From the NCBI RefSeq assembly GCF_017355265.1, contig NZ_JADIJQ010000010.1:28001-52000 (forward strand): a DNA stretch of 24,000 nucleotides. The letters are read 5' to 3'. Within the stretch, counting starts at the first letter, position 1. Each line of letters opens with the position of its first letter. A program made the translations under genes and the position numbers. The DNA is from Tessaracoccus sp. SD287 (GTDB lineage Bacteria; Actinomycetota; Actinomycetes; Propionibacteriales; Propionibacteriaceae). The notes beneath the pieces are model-generated. The model was given only the letters and a program-made list of their open reading frames with translations. It was not told where the DNA came from and made no database searches. Below, one piece after another: positions 16,438 through 24,000 of the stretch.

Positions 16438-17498
16438 GCCGACGCCAGCTCCTCGTAGAAGGCGATGTAGCGATCGACGACGGCGGCCAGGTCGAACCGG
16501 GTCTCGGCGTAGCGACGCACCTCGCGCCGGGGCAGGGCCTCGGCCCTCGACAGCGCCTCGGCGAGCGCGTCGACGGTCTGCTGCTCATCACCCGACGCCG
16601 ACACCAGCACCCCGCCGGGTGGTGCCACGATCTCGACCAGTCCGCCGCGAGCCAGTGCCACCACCGGCGTGCCGCAGGCCATCGCTTCGGGAGCAACCAG
16701 CCCGAAGGGCTCCTCCCACATCGGGGTCACCAGGTTCACCGCGCTCGATCCGACCAGTGTCATCAGCTCCCCGGGGTGCAGGTGGCCCACGTAGGTGATC
16801 CTGTCGTCCAGCAGTGGACGGAGCACGTCCTCGAAGTAGGCCACGTCGGACAGCGGACCGGCTATCCGCAGCCTGCGGTTGGCCAGTCGTGCCGCCATCG
16901 CCGCCAGGTGGGGGGCCTTTTCGGGGACGACCCGGCCGACCCAGACCAGGTCGCTGCCGCCCTCGCCGTAGGTCCACTTCGTCAGGTCGACCCCGTTGTG
17001 GATGACCCGCGGCGTCACGATTCCCTCCCACTGCTTGGCGACCGCCGCGCTGACGGCCACCACGTGGGCGGCGTCACCGAGTTCGCGCAGCGGTGGTTCG
17101 ATCCACGGGGTCGGTGGGGTGTGGAGGTTGGTCAGCACCGGAACGGGCAGCAGTTCGCTGAGGGCGATCGGCAGGTAGTGCAGGGAGTTGTTGTGGACGA
17201 TGTCGATGTCGCCACGCCGGGCGATCTGCTGCATGCAGCCCAGGTAGGCGAAGGTGCCCTGGACGACCCTCTCGGCCGGCATCGAGACGTCGGCGCGGGC
17301 CAGGGTGCTCAGCTGCACCGGATCCACCCGCAGTTCCTCGACGCCGAGGCTCGGGTCGCTGCCCGGACCGGCGAAAACGGTCACGTCCAGTCCGCGGAGA
17401 CGCAACCCGCGGGTCAGGTGCCAGACGAAGGACTCCAGTCCGCCTGCGAAGGGTTCGGCGATGGGGTGCCTGTCGTGGGCAATGATCGCGACCCTCAT
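16434..17498 (-). CDS. Glycosyltransferase family 4 (GT-B, Glycos_transf_1 type), 354 aa
   Basis: It has the N-terminal MRVAIIAHDRHPIAEPFAGGLESFVWHLTRGL and the C-terminal EEPFGLVAPEAMACGTPVVALARGGLVEIV (EX7E-type motif). The ATG overlaps the upstream stop (ATGA at 17495-17498). Confidence 0.9.
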   Translation of the reverse strand: MRVAIIAHDRHPIAEPFAGGLESFVWHLTRGLRLRGLDVTVFAGPGSDPSLGVEELRVDPVQLSTLARADVSMPAERVVQGTFAYLGCMQQIARRGDIDIVHNNSLHYLPIALSELLPVPVLTNLHTPPTPWIEPPLRELGDAAHVVAVSAAVAKQWEGIVTPRVIHNGVDLTKWTYGEGGSDLVWVGRVVPEKAPHLAAMAARLANRRLRIAGPLSDVAYFEDVLRPLLDDRITYVGHLHPGELMTLVGSSAVNLVTPMWEEPFGLVAPEAMACGTPVVALARGGLVEIVAPPGGVLVSASGDEQQTVDALAEALSRAEALPRREVRRYAETRFDLAAVVDRYIAFYEELASA

Positions 17499-18553
17499 CC
17501 GGCACCCCCGGCGCGCACGGACTCATAGATCGCCTCGTGGGCTGCGGCCAGCACCTCCCGCTGGGTGCGGCGCCACCCGATGTCGGCCTGCCACGGCACC
17601 CGCGCGGCGACCTCGTCCAGGGCCACGGCCACGTCGCCCGCAACCGGGTGGCCGTCCTCGCGCAGGCGGTAGCCCAGCACGCCGGGCTCCTGGTCGTGGT
17701 AATAGCCGATCCGGGGCGCCAGCACGCGGGTGCCCAGGTCGAAGCACGCCTCCAGCCACCCCGAATGGGTGCCGAACCGGTAGGGCAGCACCGAGACGTC
17801 GAGGCCGCGGAAGTAGTCCCACAGGTCGTCGTCGCTGTAGTAGTCGTGCACGTGCACCTGCACGTGCGAGCTGCGGTCCAGCCCCTGGAGCAGTTCGACG
17901 ACGTCCGCGGAATAGTTGCGCATGCCCGGGGTGACGACATCGGTGTGGGCGTCAATGACCAGGTCCATGTCGCGTTCACCAGTGAGTTCGGCCAGTACCG
18001 GCAGCATCGGCAGCGGATTCATGTTGGGACGCAGGCTCTTCAGATGGACGCCGACGCGAAGGCGCTCATTGCGGGGTCGCGGCACAGCCATGTCGGTGAA
18101 CGGCACGATGTGGGGGTGCGGCAGGATGTGGGCGTAGCGTCCCCACCGTCGCCAGACCTCGTCCGCCGCCCCACGGGTGAGGGTGATCAGCGCGGACGCC
18201 TCCCTGACCAGGACGTCCAGGGCGGCCTGGTGCAGACCCGGGTCGGTGTGGTGCGGGTTCAGCAGGTCATGGACGGTGTACACCAGCGGCTTGTCGGCTT
18301 CCCGCAGTTCGCCGAAGACGCGCTCCAGGTCCTCGGGGCTCAGCGCGTCGAAGCCGAAGTGGACGTGCATGACGTCGAAGTCCTCGGCATTGTCGCGGAT
18401 CCAGCCCGGCTGGAGCATCACCGGTGGCCACCACTGCTGCTCGCTGGACGCCTCTGGCGGTCGGGGATCGGCGAGTCGGGTGACTCCCCCGCCGTCGAGG
18501 CGCGCCAGGTGCCTGATGTAGGAATGCCCGGACGGAACAGACGCCACTCTCAT
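17495..18553 (-). CDS. Divergent glycosyltransferase-like protein (first gene of the four-gene operon), 352 aa
   Basis: ATG at 18553-18551 is preceded on the minus strand by GAGGGAGAG. The coding-like composition is consistent with real translation. Segments HVHFGFD and VYTVHDLLNPHH and the overall length suggest a GT-B-like protein, but I see no clean EX7E motif, so the function is uncertain. Confidence 0.55.
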   Translation of the reverse strand: MRVASVPSGHSYIRHLARLDGGGVTRLADPRPPEASSEQQWWPPVMLQPGWIRDNAEDFDVMHVHFGFDALSPEDLERVFGELREADKPLVYTVHDLLNPHHTDPGLHQAALDVLVREASALITLTRGAADEVWRRWGRYAHILPHPHIVPFTDMAVPRPRNERLRVGVHLKSLRPNMNPLPMLPVLAELTGERDMDLVIDAHTDVVTPGMRNYSADVVELLQGLDRSSHVQVHVHDYYSDDDLWDYFRGLDVSVLPYRFGTHSGWLEACFDLGTRVLAPRIGYYHDQEPGVLGYRLREDGHPVAGDVAVALDEVAARVPWQADIGWRRTQREVLAAAHEAIYESVRAGGAG

Positions 18554-18750
18554 GAGAACTCTCCCTCGCAGAACGCCGACTCACCGGGGTCGGGCCAGCA
18601 GCCCGGACATCCTTCAGTTGTCAGCATCACAACATATCGCGCGGGACGGGTGCCCCGCGGCGGTTCTCATGCGGGTGGGCACCCGTTCGGGTGAGGTCCC
18701 TCGGCGCCGATGAGTGCGTCTGTGCAGGTGCCGATCGTCCGGGGCGCGGC

Positions 18751-19239
18751 TCACAGGACCAGGTACTGCTGTCCGTCCAGGAGTTCCCTGGCCGCGTCCA
18801 GGTGCCCAGCGTGGGTGGCCGTCTCCACGATGACGTGCTGCATCACCGAGCGCAGGTCAGCAAACCGGTTCTCGGGCCACTGCGGCTCACGTCGGCGTGG
18901 CGCCTCGTCCAGGGACATGGCGGTGATCACAGCATCCGAGGCCTCGATGGCGGCTCGGTAGGCCGCGAGCACGTCCTCAGCCGACTCGTCCTGCCCCACC
19001 AGCCAGTCGCCGTTCTCAGCCGTCGGCCACCAGTCCAGCGATCCGCCTGCCATCACCACCTCGAACCAGTAGCGCTCGTCGGAGAGCGTCAGGTGTCGCA
19101 CCAACCCCAGACAGTGCCAGCCGGACGGCAGCACCGGGCGACGCAGGTCGGCGTCGGTGAGCCCCTCGAGTTGTGCCAGCACGTGCGACCGGACGCCGTG
19201 CAGTGCTGCTGTCAGTGAGTCCCGTTCGCGATTGGCCAT
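18751..19239 (-). CDS. DinB-family / mycothiol-transferase-like (DUF664) protein, ~162 aa
   Basis: It shows a four-helix-bundle DinB pattern: LHGVRSHVLAQLEGLTDADLRRPVLPSGWHCLGLVRHL ... MQHVIVETATHAGHLDAARELLDG. I chose ATG 19239-19237 (MANRERDSL); the track's upstream start at 19275 is also possible. Confidence 0.78.
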   Translation of the reverse strand: MANRERDSLTAALHGVRSHVLAQLEGLTDADLRRPVLPSGWHCLGLVRHLTLSDERYWFEVVMAGGSLDWWPTAENGDWLVGQDESAEDVLAAYRAAIEASDAVITAMSLDEAPRRREPQWPENRFADLRSVMQHVIVETATHAGHLDAARELLDGQQYLVL

Positions 19240-19307
19240 GGCCGCGATGCTACGCGTCGATGCCAGCGCCTCCACGAGGGCCGGGGACTCCTCCTACACT
19301 CGGCACC

Positions 19308-19826
19308 ATGCCGAAGATCACCGCCCTCCTCGGCGACATCACCACCCTCGAGGTTGACGCCGTCGTCAACGCCGCGAACAACCGGATGCGCGGGGGTGGC
19401 GGGGTCGACGGGGCGATCCACCGCGCCGGCGGGCCCGCGGTCCTGGCCGACTGCATCGCCCGCTTCCCCCACGGCCTGGCCACCGGGGACGCCGGCTGGA
19501 CCACCGCCGGTGACCTGCCTGCCCGTTGGGTCATCCATACCGTCGGCCCCAATTACGCCGCAGGCCAACGAGACCGTGCCCTGCTGGAGTCCTGCTACCG
19601 CCGATCCCTCGAGGTGGCTGACGATCTGGGCGCAGCCTCGGTCGCCTTCCCTCTGATCAGCGCCGGCATCTACGGCTGGCCCAAGGACGACGCCATCGAC
19701 GTCGCCATCGCCACGATCGACGCGGCCGGCTCTGATGTCGACGAGGTCTTCCTGGTGGCGTTCGACCAGACCACCTACGACCAGATCACCCGGCAGCTGT
19801 CGGGTCGGGGCACTCCCGACAACTGA
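19308..19826 (+). CDS. Macro-domain protein (O-acetyl-ADP-ribose deacetylase / ADP-ribose hydrolase, YmdB-like), 172 aa
   Basis: The listed ORF 19173..19826 is trimmed to ATG 19308 (MPKITALLGDITTLEVDAVVNAANNRMRGGGGVDGAIHRAGG...). This is the canonical macro-domain N-terminal motif, followed by HTVGP and FPLISAGIYGWP. Confidence 0.9.
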   Translation: MPKITALLGDITTLEVDAVVNAANNRMRGGGGVDGAIHRAGGPAVLADCIARFPHGLATGDAGWTTAGDLPARWVIHTVGPNYAAGQRDRALLESCYRRSLEVADDLGAASVAFPLISAGIYGWPKDDAIDVAIATIDAAGSDVDEVFLVAFDQTTYDQITRQLSGRGTPDN

Positions 19827-19909
19827 CCCTGGCTCACGGCCATCGACGCCCGCCGGAAATGTCGGAGCCCCTCCGTAGCCTCGAAGTGTCAGCACGAGAA
19901 GGGTCGAAG

Positions 19910-21046
19910 ATGAGCACTGTGGAACGCACCGAGCCGCCCGGGTCACGCGGCGCCGGCCTCGACGAGCAGATGGACGCCGACTGGCGGGCCTTCCGGGCCC
20001 GGCTCGCCGACGGACTGGCCGGACTCGCCGACGGCGGACTCGCCCTCATCCGCCCCGCCGAGGAGATGCTGGTCGACGGCGACTCGCTGTGGACCAGCGT
20101 GCGGCGGCACCGGCGCGAACTGTTGGTCACCATCCCCAGCAACACTTATCTGCCGGACACACTGAGGTTGTCAGCACCGGCGATGCGGACGCTTCGCGAG
20201 ATGGGGCTGCGGCGCCGCCACGGCAGCGCCGACTATGAGATCGTCCTGCCGCTCAGTCACGTCGACCAGGCCGCCGCGATCATTTGTGGCGCCCTGCGCG
20301 ACTGCTACGCGGTGCTGCACCCCACCTGGCTGGAGGTCACCGGCGTCGACGGCTGCACGTCGGCCGCGCCTGTCGAGGTCTCCCCGCTGCCACTGGCCGT
20401 CCTGGCCGAGGACCACGACCATCTGCGACGGCTGCTCGACGACACGGTCGGGCGGGTCACCGAGCCGCCGCACCGGGCCAGCGACGACGAGTACATGTTC
20501 TGGACCGAGGCCGCCGTGGTGATGGTCTCGCTGCACCCCGAGTCCCCCGTGGTCGTCCTGCGCTCGATGGCGCTGCGCGGGGTCGAGCACCGGCGCGCCG
20601 CCCGGGTGGCGGTCAACGAGCTCAACCGGGAGCGGCGCGGGGTCACGTTCATGCTGGAGCGCGGCAACATCGTCACCGAGATGCATGTACTGGCCGCGCC
20701 CTTCTCGGCCCAGAACGTCGTCTTCGCGCTCCATCAGATGATTCGCGTCACCCAGGAGGCGGCGCAGCGGCTGCGGCCGACGGTAGGCGGCGAGTCCTAC
20801 GCCAGCATCGCCGACGACGCGAGGTCGCGCACCGAGGTGCTGGCCCGCAGTCTGGTGACCATGCTGGCCGACGGTCCGGTGAGCATCCGGCAGGTGGCCG
20901 GGGTCTGCGACCAGGACCCGGACCTGATCAGCGACCTCATCGACTACGTCGTCGACGGCCAGGCCGACTGGCAGGGGCTGGAGCCACACGCCGACAGGGC
21001 ACTGCGCCTGTTGCGCCGTGCCCTGCGGCTGGTGCAGACGGAGTAG
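19910..21046 (+). CDS. Hypothetical protein, possibly YbjN/TY-Chap-like (type III secretion chaperone-like fold), ~378 aa
   Basis: Long ORF with coding-like composition, starting 33-84 nt after the macro gene. ATG 19910 has GAAGGG upstream; the track's start at 19859 is also possible. The N-terminal WRAFRARLADGL...YEIVLP..HVDQAAAIICGALRDCYAVLHP and the central MVSLHPESPVVVLRSMALRGVE...ELNRERRGVTFMLERGNIVTEMHVLA recall YbjN-like sensory/chaperone domains. That assignment is from memory only. Confidence 0.55.
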   Translation: MSTVERTEPPGSRGAGLDEQMDADWRAFRARLADGLAGLADGGLALIRPAEEMLVDGDSLWTSVRRHRRELLVTIPSNTYLPDTLRLSAPAMRTLREMGLRRRHGSADYEIVLPLSHVDQAAAIICGALRDCYAVLHPTWLEVTGVDGCTSAAPVEVSPLPLAVLAEDHDHLRRLLDDTVGRVTEPPHRASDDEYMFWTEAAVVMVSLHPESPVVVLRSMALRGVEHRRAARVAVNELNRERRGVTFMLERGNIVTEMHVLAAPFSAQNVVFALHQMIRVTQEAAQRLRPTVGGESYASIADDARSRTEVLARSLVTMLADGPVSIRQVAGVCDQDPDLISDLIDYVVDGQADWQGLEPHADRALRLLRRALRLVQTE

Positions 21047-21053
21047 GACCGGG

Positions 21054-21290
21054 CTACTCGGTGTCGATTTGGGCGGCGAGGGTGGCGACGTCGGCCTCTC
21101 GACTCAGCAGCGCGATGGCCAGGTGGGCGATGAGTTCGCGCTCACTCGCCCGACTGGCCAGCGCCTCCAGGACCGGACCGCTCTTCAGGTTGCCGACCCG
21201 GGCGACGTCCCGGGCGTCAAAGGCATGACCGTCCACGTCGACGGTGACAATGCCGGTGCTGTCGTCATAGCTGTAGCCGATGCTCGTCAT
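21054..21290 (-). CDS. Small hypothetical protein, 78 aa
   Basis: Its ATG lies 9 nt downstream of the MFS stop on the same strand. Codons are GC3-rich and the composition is acidic rather than Arg/Pro-biased. I recognise no Shine-Dalgarno and no domain. Confidence 0.45.
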   Translation of the reverse strand: MTSIGYSYDDSTGIVTVDVDGHAFDARDVARVGNLKSGPVLEALASRASERELIAHLAIALLSREADVATLAAQIDTE

Positions 21291-21299
21291 GGCGACAGG

Positions 21300-22586
21300 C
21301 TACGACTCCGCGACCGCAGCGTCGAGGGTCCCCGACCCCGACGCCGCCGGCGAGACGCGACGGCGCGGCAACAACACCATGCTCGCCAGTACGCACAGGG
21401 CCGTCGCCGCCACCAGAATGCGGTAGTCGAGCACCGCCAGCACTGCGGCACCGCCGAGCGTGAACACCGTCTGTGGCAGGTTGAACGCCACGTTCACCGC
21501 GGCCGAGGTGCGTCCTTGCATCCGCGGAGCCGTGAGCCGCTGCCGCAGCGTCACGAACGCCACCACCGACCACGTCACCGACCCCCCGACCAGTGCGAGT
21601 CCCAGCACCACCGCGACCAGGCTGGTGCCCATGAACGGCAGCGTTCCCAACGCCAGCCCCACCATGCCCATGCCGAACACACGGGTCTCGCCCCACCGCC
21701 TCATGGCCCTGGCAGCCGTCAACCCGGCGAGAACGGCGCCAACGCCCTGGACACTGACCAGCGGCCCGAGGGCGGCGGCGGGAAGGTGCAGCCCTCGCTC
21801 AATGGCAGGCAGGGCGGCGACATTGATCAGCCCGGTGGCACCGAAGCCAACCGCTGCCACCAGCGTGAGACGTCCCAGCACCGGGTGGGCGAACACGTGC
21901 CGGAAGCCGGCGGTCACCTCGTTCCAGTAGCTGCCCCGCTGGTCGGCGGTCTCGGGCGGGGACTCGACCAGACGCAGCATCGCCAGCAGTCCCGCGGCAA
22001 CCAGGAACGAGGCAGCGGTCAGCACGATCACCGACCCCGGCCCGAATGCCGCGTACAGGGCCGCCCCCAGCAGTGGCGAGACCAGGCGCAGGGACTGGTC
22101 GATGGTGGTGAGCAGGCCATTGCCGGAGCCCAGGTGCTCGTCGGGCAGCAGGTCACGCACCAGTCCTGACTGGGCCGCGGCCGTCAGGTAGGCGACCGTC
22201 GCGTAGACCAGCATCACGACGTAGACCAGCCACAGCCCCGCCGGGGAGTCGACCAGCAGCAGCAGCGCAACCACCACTGCCACCACGGCATAGGAGCCCA
22301 CCAGCAACCACTTGCGCGACAACCGGTCGGCGACCTGGCCCAGGAAGGGGGCCAGGAGTGAGGGAATGCCGAGCATGGCGAAGACCAGGGCGGCAGCGCT
22401 GTCCGAGCCGGTGAGTTCCTTGACCCACACCGCGACCATCAGGAACAGGGCGCTGTCAGCGAGGTTGGTGAAGACCCACGCCCCGCACAGTTGGCGAAAT
22501 CCTCGGTACTGCCAAGCAGTGGGCAGGCGACGCCCCGCACCGTTCGGCCGGGTCGTGGTGGTGGTGGTGGTCAGCACATCAGTCAT
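21300..22586 (-). CDS. MFS transporter (EntS/MFS_3-like efflux type), 428 aa
   Basis: There are about 12 predicted hydrophobic spans. The N-terminal FRQLCGAWVFTNLADSALFLMVAVWV and the GQVADRLSRKWLL loop motif between TM2 and TM3 are typical of MFS. The start overlaps the ArsR stop by 8 nt. Confidence 0.9.
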   Translation of the reverse strand: MTDVLTTTTTTTRPNGAGRRLPTAWQYRGFRQLCGAWVFTNLADSALFLMVAVWVKELTGSDSAAALVFAMLGIPSLLAPFLGQVADRLSRKWLLVGSYAVVAVVVALLLLVDSPAGLWLVYVVMLVYATVAYLTAAAQSGLVRDLLPDEHLGSGNGLLTTIDQSLRLVSPLLGAALYAAFGPGSVIVLTAASFLVAAGLLAMLRLVESPPETADQRGSYWNEVTAGFRHVFAHPVLGRLTLVAAVGFGATGLINVAALPAIERGLHLPAAALGPLVSVQGVGAVLAGLTAARAMRRWGETRVFGMGMVGLALGTLPFMGTSLVAVVLGLALVGGSVTWSVVAFVTLRQRLTAPRMQGRTSAAVNVAFNLPQTVFTLGGAAVLAVLDYRILVAATALCVLASMVLLPRRRVSPAASGSGTLDAAVAES

Positions 22587-23208
22587 CAGGGTCTCCGTCA
22601 GGGGCGGCAGTCGTGGTGGGTGGCGCCGGCACCGGGTCGGGGTTGATGACCCCGAACAGGTGCGCGCGGCGGGCGCCCTCGGGGCGCTTGGTCGGGTCGC
22701 TGCGGTCGGCGAACCGGGTGACCAGGTCGCGGACGTCGTCGCCCAGTTGTCGCAATTCGTCGGCGGTGGCCCAGAACGACGACTGGTTGACCGAGGATGC
22801 CTCGATCCACTCGTGCTCGACCTCGTGGGCCTGGTGCAGGAACTGCTGGATGCGCTCAGCTTCGCGCAGCACCTGGAGCAGGGCGACCTGGGCGACGGCC
22901 GCGTAGGAGCCCGGTTGCTCGGGAACGGGCTGCAACTCCAGGCCCTGGCGCACCACCCGCCACGGCTTCTCGCGGCCGCGGCGTTCTCCGCGCTCGATGA
23001 ATCCGTACTTCTCGAGCATCCGCAGGTGGAAGGAGCAACTGGCGACCGACTCCCCCACCCGTTCGGCGCACTCGGTGGCCGTGGCTTGGTCGACGTTGCG
23101 CAGGTGGTCGAGCAGGTCCAGTCGCAGCGGATGGGCCAGTGCGCGGATCCGTTCGGGGCTGCTGATGGCCTCGTCCCTGCCGGGGGTGGCCTCGTCGTGC
23201 GGTGTCAT
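22579..23208 (-). CDS. ArsR-family winged-helix transcriptional regulator, 209 aa
   Basis: The listed ORF 22579..23313 is trimmed to ATG 23208-23206 (MTPHDEATPG...). The HTH region RIRALAHPLRLDLLDHLRNVDQATATECAERVGESVASCSFHLRMLEKYGFIER is a classic ArsR/SmtB-type wHTH. Confidence 0.85.
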   Translation of the reverse strand: MTPHDEATPGRDEAISSPERIRALAHPLRLDLLDHLRNVDQATATECAERVGESVASCSFHLRMLEKYGFIERGERRGREKPWRVVRQGLELQPVPEQPGSYAAVAQVALLQVLREAERIQQFLHQAHEVEHEWIEASSVNQSSFWATADELRQLGDDVRDLVTRFADRSDPTKRPEGARRAHLFGVINPDPVPAPPTTTAAPDGDPDD

Positions 23209-23225
23209 GCACCGAGCATAAATTC

Positions 23226-23255
23226 CTAAAGACTCGTTGCGCAAGGGTTCTTTAG
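23226..23255. promoter_or_regulatory. Candidate operator: 7-bp inverted repeat CTAAAGA-N16-TCTTTAG in the divergent ArsR / aldo-keto reductase intergenic region
   Basis: Read directly: 23226-23232 ctaaaga and 23249-23255 tctttag are exact reverse complements. The region is locally AT-rich and lies 18 nt upstream of the ArsR start. The operator role is inferred only. Confidence 0.35.
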
Positions 23256-23303
23256 CATGAATCTCGTGTCCCACCCGATGCGACCGTGCGGCACCATGGA
23301 CCC

Positions 23304-24000
23304 ATGACGACATCCCTGCCCCTTCCCGGTGGTGCCCACCTGCCCGTGATCGGTGTGGGCACCTGGCCCCTGGACGACGACCAGGTCGCCAGCATGCTGG
23401 CGGTCGCCTTCGAGGTCGGCTACCGACTGGTCGACACCGCCGAGAACTACCGCAACGAGGTCGGCGTCGGGCGGGCGGTGCGTGCCAGCGGCCTGGACCG
23501 CAGCGAGATCTTCATCACCACCAAGTTCAACAAGTTCTGGCACGCCGACCCGGTCGCCGGCGTCCAGGCCAGCCTGGACCGGCTCGGCCTCGACCAGGTC
23601 GACCTGGTGCTGATCCACTGGCCCAACCCCGACCAGGACCTCTACGTCCGGGCGTGGCAGGGACTTGTCCAGGCCCGTGAGCAGGGCCTGACCCGTGCCA
23701 TCGGCACGTCCAACTTCCTGCCCGAGCACCTGGATCGCCTGATCCAGGCCACCGGGGTGGCCCCCGAGGTGAACCAACTGCAGTGCAATCCCTTCACCGA
23801 CCGCATCCGCGAGCGGGACTACCACGTCGAGCACGGCATCGTCACCGAGTCCTGGGCGCCCCTGGGTGCCGGCAACGGGCTGGTGGACCACCCCGTCGTG
23901 CAGGACATCGCCGAGCAGCGCGGCGCGACCGGCGCCCAGGTGGTGCTGGCCTGGCACCTGCAGCAGGGGCTGGTGCCGATTCCGAAGTCCGCCAACCCCG
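23304..24000 (+). CDS. Aldo/keto reductase (2,5-diketo-D-gluconate reductase-like), N-terminal 232 codons; runs off the right edge
   Basis: Absent from the ORF track because there is no stop in the window. My manual translation from ATG 23304 reads MTTSLPLPGGAHLPVIGVGTWPLDDDQVASMLAVAFEVGYRLVDTAENYRNEVGVGRAV...IFITTKF...LDQVDLVLIHWP...IGTSNF...NQLQCNP...WAPLG. These are the canonical AKR motifs, including the catalytic D/Y/K/H context. Confidence 0.9.
   Translation, partial: MTTSLPLPGGAHLPVIGVGTWPLDDDQVASMLAVAFEVGYRLVDTAENYRNEVGVGRAVRASGLDRSEIFITTKFNKFWHADPVAGVQASLDRLGLDQVDLVLIHWPNPDQDLYVRAWQGLVQAREQGLTRAIGTSNFLPEHLDRLIQATGVAPEVNQLQCNPFTDRIRERDYHVEHGIVTESWAPLGAGNGLVDHPVVQDIAEQRGATGAQVVLAWHLQQGLVPIPKSANP

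Noticed and set aside
18647-18685. 9-bp inverted repeat cgggtgccc...gggcacccg downstream of the DinB-like gene, considered as a terminator
   Set aside because: The 21-nt loop is large and no U-tract follows on the minus strand. It may still be regulatory for the GT operon promoter region, but I cannot support a terminator call.
17074-18694. ORFs 17074..17979 (-, 301 aa), 17254..17934 (+) and 17537..18694 (+, 385 aa) across the glycosyltransferase genes
   Set aside because: Off-frame or antisense, with Arg/Pro/Gly-dominated composition and no domains. The coupled GT reading frames account for the sequence.
21041-21059. Hairpin GAGTAG-gaccggg-CTACTC embedding both convergent stop codons (21044-21046 and 21054-21056), considered as a bidirectional terminator
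   Set aside because: The stem is only 6 bp, relatively AT-rich, and lacks flanking T/A tracts. It is too weak to call a terminator.
20171-22169. ORFs 20171..20989 (-), 20284..21228 (+, 314 aa) and 21018..22169 (+, 383 aa)
   Set aside because: These are alternative frames of the 395-aa hypothetical and antisense to the MFS transporter. They are highly Arg/Gly/Pro/His-rich with no membrane or domain features.
23226-23957. 243-aa minus-strand ORF
   Set aside because: It is antisense to the aldo/keto reductase frame, which shows canonical AKR motifs. Its composition is Gly/Val/Asp/Leu-repetitive with no recognisable family.
1-24000. Search for CRISPR arrays, rRNA/tRNA genes, retron-like or long tandem repeats
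   Set aside because: I saw no regularly spaced direct repeats, no conserved rRNA segments and no convincing cloverleaf. This was a by-eye scan only, so short or degenerate elements could be missed.

Overview
High-GC (Actinomycetota-like) chromosomal window in two parts. Positions 1 to about 11.8 kb form a defense island. It holds a type 1 BREX cassette on the minus strand (brxA-brxB-brxC-pglX, tightly coupled, with pglX running off the left edge). Next comes about 1.6 kb of decayed mobile-element remnants: a 5'-truncated tyrosine recombinase and the C-terminal part of an ISL3 transposase, both with frameshifts and in-frame stops. The island ends with an 843-aa GmrSD/BrxU-like type IV restriction enzyme on the plus strand. 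After its DUF262 and DUF1524 nuclease modules, this enzyme carries a cysteine-free MGMT/ATL-like DNA-binding module and a DUF4268-like tail. I consider it the best candidate for something new here. The rest of the window (about 11.8-24 kb) is visibly more GC-rich and looks like core genome. It contains an NRDE/TANGO2-like gene divergent from coaBC, a RibD_C/DHFR-like reductase, a translationally coupled four-glycosyltransferase operon, a DinB-like gene divergent from a macro-domain gene followed by a 395-aa hypothetical, an ArsR-MFS-small-ORF operon, and a partial aldo/keto reductase running off the right edge. I found no rRNA, tRNA or CRISPR array. All function calls rest on my own motif and family recognition from the translations; no database search was run.
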